Positions 8,239-13,624 of a stretch of DNA of 13,624 nt are shown piece by piece. The stretch lies in IMG/VR virus record IMGVR_UViG_3300038409_000042. One strand, written 5' to 3'. Source of the stretch: a virus (Duplodnaviria > Heunggongvirae > Uroviricota > Caudoviricetes). Position 1 is the stretch's first letter; the number at the start of each line of letters is the position of its first letter. The notes beneath the pieces are model-generated. The model was not told the origin of the DNA, ran no database searches, and saw only the letters and a list, made by a program, of their open reading frames with translations. The position numbers and the translations under genes were made by a program.

Positions 8239-8240
8239 TA

Positions 8241-8435
8241 TTATCCAGGCAATATCTTAAATAGAAATGATACTACAGCAGCTGATATTGTAGCAATAAT
8301 GAACGCAACTATTCCTAGTTTTCCTCGCAACTCAGCATTTGCAAGTTCTAAAGTTCTTAATCTGTCTTCCCTATTTTCAAGTTTTTCTATACGACGCTCT
8401 AAAGCCTCTATTTTAGTAGCAAGAATCTCAACCAT
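8241..8435 (-). CDS. Small coiled-coil protein with a C-terminal transmembrane helix (XhlA/holin-like architecture), 64 aa
   Basis: A heptad pattern (IEALERRIEKLENREDRLRTLELANAEL) is followed by the hydrophobic LGIVAFIIATISAAVVSFLF. TAATG-coupled at 8435. Confidence 0.6.
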   Translation of the reverse strand: MVEILATKIEALERRIEKLENREDRLRTLELANAELRGKLGIVAFIIATISAAVVSFLFKILPG

Positions 8436-8668
8436 TAGACCACCTTTACTGTTCCGGCGTCATTCCAGAATTCTCCCGTAGCCAAGCCTGCGGATGACGT
8501 GGGAAGTTGTGTTGCATTAATTGTAGTTGCTTCAACTCGACCTCTTGATTTCTGAGACAACAGATTTTGCTCAAGCACCTTATTCAATGCTCTAAGATAG
8601 GATTGAAGATCGTGGTCCAAGTTTCTCGGGGGATCGGGTAGACGGATAGTTCTTGCTGTGTTGGTCAT
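8435..8668 (-). CDS. Small tail-associated protein downstream of the nozzle (needle/plug position), 77 aa
   Basis: LPDPP followed by a helix (DLQSYLRALNKVLEQ), and a C-terminal LPTSSAGLATGEFWNDAGTVKVV motif typical of phage virion proteins. TAATG-coupled on both sides. Confidence 0.55.
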   Translation of the reverse strand: MTNTARTIRLPDPPRNLDHDLQSYLRALNKVLEQNLLSQKSRGRVEATTINATQLPTSSAGLATGEFWNDAGTVKVV

Positions 8669-10548
8669 TATGAACTCTTTCTTCCATCGAGCCTAACTTC
8701 AAATCTGTTAATTCCCATTCTCCAATCCACTCCTACGGCACTTGAGCCAACTCTAAACGATAATGCACGGCCACGTAATCTAACACTTAGCTTCTTGGTG
8801 AACTGATCAACAGTACCTGTCTTAGACACGGAAGAAGTTGAATCAGTAACCAACGTGGCTCCAGGGTATTCCTTCTCCTTGAAGGTGTAGGTGACGCTAG
8901 GGGTAATAGCTGTTGAATCTCTAAAGGTTATGTCTGGGATACATCTGTTACAGAACATGAAACGATCTCCCTTGCCCATGTCTTCTCCGCCGCTCAGCTC
9001 AATAGGGGCGCTCTCAATGAAGGCATTGATCGCTGTGACAGGGTTTGTAGACCCATCATCAAGTCCGAACTCATGATCGTAGATGAAGCCGTCTGTTGAC
9101 GCTCCTGTCGGGAAGGCGTTTAGACCGATATCAAGCCAAGCTGATCTCTGGATAACGGTTCCAGTGACAAAGGTTCCTTCAAGAACGTTATATATGACAT
9201 ACCGATTGTTCTCATTGGAATCGGCCGTTGGGTAGAAGAAAACGATCTCATTGAAGAGCTGAATAGACCCGGCGCATATTTTGAATATCTGCTCTCTATT
9301 CATATCTCGAAAGACAAGGTCTCGAATGGGGCACGGTATGACGCTTGTCCGACCGTCATACATGAAGAAATTGTTACGACCCATCCAATAGGTTACGCCA
9401 TTGAGGGCGCATCTAGCCTTAGGCCCAACGATGTCCACATTTGGATCGACCATATCGACTTGGTAAATGTCAGAGCCGCCCACAAACATGAACGACCAAA
9501 GTGATGTATCTGTCCAGACCAAGATTTCCTTTGTCGTCTTAAGGCCAGTAATAATCGTCGAACCAGAGGATAACCGAATGAAGCCAGACCCATTCGTAGG
9601 AGCAGGAGTCCAGTCAAGGTAATCCTCATAATCCGACCATCTAACCAGAAGAGGATCAAGAATAGCTGAACCAATAGGATTCACTCCTAAGGCAAAGACA
9701 ATCCTCTCATTAGGGGATGTTAATATCTCAAGAGCTACGTCTGGAGTATCAGAGGCCCCTCCCTGAGTTCCGATCTCAACAGCCCGACCATAAGGAGTCG
9801 TGCCGCCATCAAAATGATAGATGGCTCCGTTCCTGGGGTTTATTAGAAGGTCTTCGCCCCAATTATCCTGAGACCAAAGCCGAAGCTGGAGACCAACGCC
9901 GCCTGTATCGGCCGCGCTCCCCCACGTACCTCTGCCCCATGTGCCAGCGCCCCAACCAACGCCGATAACAAAATCGGCCAGACCCACGTTTATCTGGTAA
10001 GCGGCCACAACAGCCGCGCCGCCACCGGCGCTTGAGGCATTGGCAGTACCGCCAGTATCAACAGTATAATTATTAGCGTCTACAATCGTGAGGATTTGGA
10101 ATTCTTGGTTGAGCTGACCGGTCGTGAGGCCATTGAAGGCCGTAGCGCCTGAAATGGTGACGAAATCATCTTGGATAGCTCCGTGCCCCGTATCGGTTAT
10201 TGTTACAATGCCGCTTCCATTTACGGTTGTTATAGGATTGTTAGCTAGCGGGCTTGTTGTTTTCCTTATAGGCGTAATGTCGGTAAGGTCGCCGCCATCC
10301 TCTACGTAGAACTTTAAGTGCGTACCTATGCCAGTGAGTTTAGCGCCAGCTAAATTTACCCATGAGTGGAGACTACGACATATGCCAAGAAATGCCTCAA
10401 GAGTCGCCTTCTGCCAGCCTCCAATTTTTTCTACGAAGCCTGACTTAAAGCGAACTCCATCACTGTCGTACCAAGAACCATTGGAAGCATATGCAGTTAA
10501 ATCTCTTACTATTCCAGGACTTGGATTAACCTCAATCAAACGTCCCAT
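8668..10548 (-). CDS. Tail nozzle / DNA-stabilisation protein (P22 gp10/T7 gp12 functional class) with an inserted beta-rich domain, 626 aa
   Basis: Trp/Gly-rich beta-propeller-like repeats (WYDSDGVRF..G.VEKIGGW; LWSQDNWGEDL; LVRWSDYED..DWTP; LVWTD.SLW; YWMGRNNFFMYDG; RSAWLD). The C-terminus ends in a beta-sandwich-like segment (RLRGRALSFRV...WRMG..RFEVRLDG). It lies directly upstream of the ejection genes. Confidence 0.75.
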   Translation of the reverse strand: MGRLIEVNPSPGIVRDLTAYASNGSWYDSDGVRFKSGFVEKIGGWQKATLEAFLGICRSLHSWVNLAGAKLTGIGTHLKFYVEDGGDLTDITPIRKTTSPLANNPITTVNGSGIVTITDTGHGAIQDDFVTISGATAFNGLTTGQLNQEFQILTIVDANNYTVDTGGTANASSAGGGAAVVAAYQINVGLADFVIGVGWGAGTWGRGTWGSAADTGGVGLQLRLWSQDNWGEDLLINPRNGAIYHFDGGTTPYGRAVEIGTQGGASDTPDVALEILTSPNERIVFALGVNPIGSAILDPLLVRWSDYEDYLDWTPAPTNGSGFIRLSSGSTIITGLKTTKEILVWTDTSLWSFMFVGGSDIYQVDMVDPNVDIVGPKARCALNGVTYWMGRNNFFMYDGRTSVIPCPIRDLVFRDMNREQIFKICAGSIQLFNEIVFFYPTADSNENNRYVIYNVLEGTFVTGTVIQRSAWLDIGLNAFPTGASTDGFIYDHEFGLDDGSTNPVTAINAFIESAPIELSGGEDMGKGDRFMFCNRCIPDITFRDSTAITPSVTYTFKEKEYPGATLVTDSTSSVSKTGTVDQFTKKLSVRLRGRALSFRVGSSAVGVDWRMGINRFEVRLDGRKSS

Positions 10549-10891
10549 CGTCTCGTGCTTGCATCTCCGCGAAATCCATTTTCAATAACTCTAACATACC
10601 GATTGCTCCCGGAATATCCTTAAAGATACCAGGGCCGGCAATCATTGTTTCTGCCTTAATGTCTGGATTAGTGGAGAACATCACGATCAATACGCCGTCT
10701 ATTTCTTTTGCCTCTGTTTTTAATTTAATAGTGTCGGCAGCTTCTATAAAGGCAGCATTCATCTCCGCCTCGAAAGCGTCTGTCTTTTCGGACTTCTCAG
10801 CTTCCTTCTTATAGGTCTTCTCACCAAAGAGACTGACTACCTTTCCGTCTGGTTCATCGTCTCTATTATCGCTTCCCGTGTCCTCAGCCAT
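10532..10891 (-). CDS. Hypothetical acidic protein, 119 aa
   Basis: A clear SD-like GAGGAAG precedes the ATG. The protein has an acidic N-terminus with GKVVSLF, then a helix and a beta-hairpin. It overlaps the o-spanin by 55 nt and the nozzle gene by 17 nt. No family recognised. Confidence 0.75.
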   Translation of the reverse strand: MAEDTGSDNRDDEPDGKVVSLFGEKTYKKEAEKSEKTDAFEAEMNAAFIEAADTIKLKTEAKEIDGVLIVMFSTNPDIKAETMIAGPGIFKDIPGAIGMLELLKMDFAEMQARDDGTFD

Positions 10892-11121
10892 GACTTCACT
10901 TCCTCTAACTTAGCGGCGCAATCATCGCCGCGATGCTTCAACCGAAGCAACAATTCTGCTATCTGATTGTCCGTTAATTGATCGCCGCGCTGTCCAGGTA
11001 TTGGGACCTGAACCTCACAGTTTAGTAATCTATCAGGGACTTGTAGGTTCGGCTTCGTCGCGCATGAGATCAACAGCAGCGCGAACAGAAGGGCCGCAGC
11101 CCTGTGTTGTCGGTTGAGCAT
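10837..11121 (-). CDS. o-spanin (Rz1-like outer-membrane lipoprotein), 94 aa
   Basis: Start is re-assigned to the ATG at 11121, giving the signal peptide MLNRQHRAAALLFALLLIS-C with lipobox LLISC. It has a Pro-rich linker, two further Cys (LLNCE, GDDCAAK) and a C-terminal amphipathic helix. It overlaps the 3' end of the i-spanin by 89 nt in another frame. Confidence 0.82.
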   Translation of the reverse strand: MLNRQHRAAALLFALLLISCATKPNLQVPDRLLNCEVQVPIPGQRGDQLTDNQIAELLLRLKHRGDDCAAKLEEVKSWLRTREAIIETMNQTER

Positions 11122-11377
11122 TAACAATCTGTATCTCTTTAACAAGGGTATGCCTTCTCGTAAGGGTTCCCTCAATGGAATTCCTAATCTCCTCTAGGCT
11201 AGAAGAGACCGTCTGCTCTCTGAATGCAGCCCGATCAGCCCTGTTTTTCTCTTCTCGAACTTGTTGCTTAAGTTCGATAATGTCGGCAGAACTATCACCC
11301 AATTTCCAGCCTATAAACCCTGTGGATATGGCAAGAATTCCTGCGGCAATCCATCCGAAGTTATTCAGAATTCCCAT
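11033..11377 (-). CDS. i-spanin (Rz-like inner-membrane protein), 114 aa
   Basis: A single N-terminal TM helix (FGWIAAGILAISTGFIGW) is followed by a periplasmic coiled coil (IIELKQQVREEKNRADRAAFREQ) and a Cys near the C-terminus (QGCGPS). An overlapping lipoprotein gene follows. Confidence 0.82.
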   Translation of the reverse strand: MGILNNFGWIAAGILAISTGFIGWKLGDSSADIIELKQQVREEKNRADRAAFREQTVSSSLEEIRNSIEGTLTRRHTLVKEIQIVNAQPTTQGCGPSVRAAVDLMRDEAEPTSP

Positions 11378-11546
11378 CTTTAACCTTCTGTTCCTCTTCT
11401 TTTTCTTTATTGATTCTTTCTAGTTCAGATGCGAATGAAGTCTGTAAATGATTAACTATCTGAAAAACTTCTTTATATGGCTCTTTGGCTAGAGAATCTA
11501 AAATCTTCTGAAGATGAGGAAATGTAAACTTAATGTTGTATTCCAT
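11361..11546 (-). CDS. Small helical phage protein of unknown function, 61 aa
   Basis: The pattern LQKILDSLAKEPYKEVFQIVNHLQ resembles a small helical-hairpin family common in phage tail modules. Overlaps the i-spanin start by 17 nt. Confidence 0.7.
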   Translation of the reverse strand: MEYNIKFTFPHLQKILDSLAKEPYKEVFQIVNHLQTSFASELERINKEKEEEQKVKDGNSE

Positions 11547-11552
11547 GTTATC

Positions 11553-11582
11553 AGTATCGGAACCTTTCTGCTCCTATGTCAA
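11553..11582 (-). promoter_or_regulatory. Candidate sigma70-type promoter, TTGACA-N18-GATACT, positioned for a leaderless transcript starting at the ATG at 11546
   Basis: A perfect TTGACA lies at 11582-11577 and GATACT (4/6 to TATAAT, keeping the conserved A and final T) at 11558-11553, followed by exactly 6 nt (GATAAC) and then the ATG. It sits in the longest intergenic gap of the window (44 nt). There is no well-spaced SD before the ATG. Confidence 0.5.
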
Positions 11583-11590
11583 TGCCATTA

Positions 11591-11998
11591 CTAGGATGAG
11601 TGCAGAACCTGCAATGTAACGCTACTACTTGCCAGTACAACGCTATCTGATGCGCGCCTTATTTCTAAAGTTCCACTCGCAGATTCGGTCCCATTATTGG
11701 CTGTTTCTAACCACTGTCTTTCAATGGCTAAAGATAGCCACGTGTCGACCGTGCCAAAATCGAAGGCACCGGACGTGACCGTCATGCGTACTTCGTAGTC
11801 TCCGGGAGACACGGCTGGCGTAAGCCAGTCAGGAACAGAAGAGCCAGTGACCAGCACGTCTCCATCAGTTTGTAGCGTGATTGACGCCGTTGCTGGATTT
11901 CCTGGCGGCTGATCATCTATACCGGAAATTGACGCCGGCAGCTGCACTGTCGCAAGTATGCCGGCAAGTTGCATATTTGCGACCATCGGTAAGGGCAT
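11591..11998 (-). CDS. Tail fibre-associated protein (possible tip/adhesin subunit or chaperone), 135 aa
   Basis: TAATG-coupled to the fibre gene. Beta-rich (DYEVRMTVTSG; WLSLAIERQW; GTLEIRRASDSVVLASSSVTLQV) with a short hydrophobic N-terminal peptide. Confidence 0.55.
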   Translation of the reverse strand: MPLPMVANMQLAGILATVQLPASISGIDDQPPGNPATASITLQTDGDVLVTGSSVPDWLTPAVSPGDYEVRMTVTSGAFDFGTVDTWLSLAIERQWLETANNGTESASGTLEIRRASDSVVLASSSVTLQVLHSS

Positions 11999-13398
11999 TA
12001 GGCCAAGCCTTTTACTAATGTTGCCTCAATAAACGTAGATGATCGCACCTTGTAATGAAGAGCATCTACCGCATTTGCAGTTGTCGTTAATGTCGGATCG
12101 GTACCGCCAGTAAACTTATAATTCGTGCCGTAGGCAAGCGTTCGCGAGCCTGTCGCATCTTGAATGATATAGATTGTTCCGGTCTGCCCGTTCTTCGTAT
12201 TTGTTGGATTATCAAGCGTTCTGTTCCCAGCAAGCGTTACGGTAAAATTGTATCCACTGTTCATGTCGACGGCTATGTTTACGCCATCAGTCAATGTCAC
12301 ATAATCAGCACTTGACCACAGATCATCAATGACAATGGCCTTGTCCGCTGTATTATTGCGAATCTCAGCCGCTGTTGCTATTGCGGTTCCGCTTAATGTC
12401 CCGTTGAGAACTGGACTTGTTAGAACTGGACTTGTTAACGTTTTATTCGTCAGCGTAAGCGTATTAGATTCTGTTGCGATCTCAACGCCCTCAATGGATG
12501 CGCGACCAGCGGCAATACGGGCAAATGTAGTGTCTGAAGCGTTGCCTAATTCAAAAGTACTTAATGCTGTCAGAACACCATCAAAAGTCGCGCCAAAGTC
12601 CCAATCAAACAGGCCGGCGCTAGTTATTCTTCCGCGAACCGTTCCAGTCGCTGTATTGACTGCTCCAGCTGTATAAAATTCTATCGCAGTGGCTGCGTCA
12701 TCCGCGCCTCCGCCGCCAATCCTTAAGGTATTGGCCGCGGCTTCTGCTAATCCCGTCAGATAGGTCCATGCACCATTAGCATTGGACCGTTGTTGTCCAG
12801 TAAGTCTCCCATTCTTGTCGGTCGCATCCGTAACGCTATCCGTAAGAATTAGCTGACCGCCAGTTGCTGTAGCATGGATTGTCTGAGGCCCGGTCCAAAT
12901 ATTGGAAGTTCCTAATCTTGGAACATCAGCATCTGCTAAGAGCAGAAGAGCATCAGCACTAATAGCCGTTCCGCCGATCGATATCCCAGAAGGAAGATCG
13001 GTGAACATATCAACAACATTTGTCCCATCAGCATAAACTAATCTTTTCTTACCGTTTCCAACGGTGATACCTGTTCCAGCTGATGTCTTAATTACTATAG
13101 ATTGACCGCCTGTCGTGTTATTAAATACTACATAAGGCTTTTCAATAGTTGGACAAATAACATTACGAGTAGCAGTAAGTGCTCCGGTAAGATGGAGAAT
13201 AAAGTTTCTAGCTTCGTCGGCGGAAGCATCGAGAGCTGTGAGTGTATAGTCAGTGTCTGGAAGAGCTACACTTACGACGCCAGCAATAGCATCTTCAAGA
13301 AGCTCAAGATTAGTATTAGTCTTCGTTCCCCAGGTTCCAGAATTCTCGCCTGTGGCCTGTATTTCGAGTCTTAATTCACTGCTATATGTGCTTGGCAT
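11998..13398 (-). CDS. Tail fibre / tail appendage protein, 466 aa
   Basis: The N-terminus MPSTYSSELRLEIQATGENSGTWGTKTNTNL is a recurrent phage virion-attachment module. The body is Thr/Gly/Ala-rich with fibre motifs (ELGNASDTT, TLTNKTLTSP, ATAAEI). The C-terminal beta domain reads VTLTDGVNIAVD...FTVTLAGNRTLDNPTN...GQTGTIYIIQDATGSRTLAY. Confidence 0.78.
   Translation of the reverse strand: MPSTYSSELRLEIQATGENSGTWGTKTNTNLELLEDAIAGVVSVALPDTDYTLTALDASADEARNFILHLTGALTATRNVICPTIEKPYVVFNNTTGGQSIVIKTSAGTGITVGNGKKRLVYADGTNVVDMFTDLPSGISIGGTAISADALLLLADADVPRLGTSNIWTGPQTIHATATGGQLILTDSVTDATDKNGRLTGQQRSNANGAWTYLTGLAEAAANTLRIGGGGADDAATAIEFYTAGAVNTATGTVRGRITSAGLFDWDFGATFDGVLTALSTFELGNASDTTFARIAAGRASIEGVEIATESNTLTLTNKTLTSPVLTSPVLNGTLSGTAIATAAEIRNNTADKAIVIDDLWSSADYVTLTDGVNIAVDMNSGYNFTVTLAGNRTLDNPTNTKNGQTGTIYIIQDATGSRTLAYGTNYKFTGGTDPTLTTTANAVDALHYKVRSSTFIEATLVKGLA
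12407..12436. repeat. Perfect 15-bp tandem duplication (agaactggacttgtt x2) encoding LTSPV-LTSPV in the fibre
   Basis: Read directly from the sequence at 12407-12421 and 12422-12436. Confidence 0.9.
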
Positions 13399-13624
13399 CT
13401 AACCTACAATTTCTGTCCATATGTTAGATGAAGAATCATTAACTGGGAACCAAACAGACATATTAATGGGAATAGTACCCCATACATTGGAGCTTGAATC
13501 ATCAACAGGAACCCATTGGCCGTGAATGATGACTTGCTGTGTAAAGAATGTTTGATCATTCTGAAAGAATGGAGCGCTTATTGTTCTCTCTATAGTTGGA
13601 TTAAAGAATGCCTGATCATTAATG
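13399..13624 (-). CDS. C-terminal 74 aa of a repeat-containing virion protein (5' part outside the window)
   Basis: Open frame INDQAFFNPTIERTISAPFFQNDQTFFTQQVIIHGQWVPVDDSSSNVWGTIPINMSVWFPVNDSSSNIWTEIVG ending in a TAG that directly abuts the fibre ATG (TAGATG). Confidence 0.8.
   Translation of the reverse strand, partial: INDQAFFNPTIERTISAPFFQNDQTFFTQQVIIHGQWVPVDDSSSNVWGTIPINMSVWFPVNDSSSNIWTEIVG

Larger units (their letters stand above)
1..13624 (-). mobile_element. Tailed dsDNA phage (podovirus-like) tail, lysis-accessory and DNA-ejection module; free phage versus prophage cannot be decided
   Basis: All credible genes are on the minus strand with almost no intergenic space. TAATG stop/start couplings occur at 11998, 8668, 8435, 7411 and 5877. 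The order tail fibre - spanins - nozzle - GNAT-like - three ejection-type proteins of rising size parallels the T7 gp12-13-14-15-16 and P22 gp10-26-7-20-16 layouts. Confidence 0.92.

Noticed and set aside
8780-9540. Apparent excess of C-ending codons in the nozzle C-terminal half, suggesting a mosaic junction
   Set aside because: Spot checks showed mixed usage. It cannot be supported without a computed GC3 profile.
4414-10588. Other + strand and nested ORFs (for example 7041..7442 +, 4640..4924 +, 6569..6937 -, 9393..9674 -)
   Set aside because: They overlap well-supported, translationally coupled genes and show no recognisable motifs.
11122-11175. Track start of the o-spanin ORF at 11175 (112 aa)
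   Set aside because: It would place the lipobox Cys at residue 38. The ATG at 11121 gives a normal 19-aa signal peptide.
12329-13374. Antisense ORFs 12329..12676 + and 13102..13374 +
   Set aside because: These are antisense shadows of the Thr/Ala-rich fibre codons.
11591-13398. Diversity-generating retroelement target in the fibre genes
   Set aside because: No TR/VR-length repeat pair and no reverse transcriptase appear in the window.
1-13624. Stop-codon recoding, CRISPR array, tRNA or intrinsic terminators
   Set aside because: TAA, TAG and TGA all end genes at sensible junctions. I saw no spaced repeats, cloverleaf or hairpin-U tract in the short gaps.

Overview
The whole window is a tightly packed, minus-strand virion-morphogenesis region of a short-tailed (podovirus-like) dsDNA phage or prophage of a Gram-negative host. 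No flanking host or integration genes are visible. In transcription order (right to left) it holds: the end of a repeat-containing virion protein, a 466-aa tail fibre with a coupled 135-aa partner, a small cassette (61-aa protein, overlapping i-/o-spanin pair, 119-aa unknown) preceded by a candidate sigma70 leaderless promoter, a 626-aa tail nozzle-type protein, two small proteins, a 275-aa Gly-rich protein ending in a lambda gpH tape-measure-like motif, a GNAT-like protein and two ejection-type proteins. It ends with a giant ORF of more than 1501 aa (GTG at 4503, open to the left edge) that the ORF track missed. That giant protein looks like a multidomain (polyvalent-type) ejected protein. 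It has a Gly/Ala membrane-type N-terminal module, Pro/Glu linkers and three degenerate helix-extension-helix-like repeats. All functional calls come from motif recognition and gene order, not from database searches.
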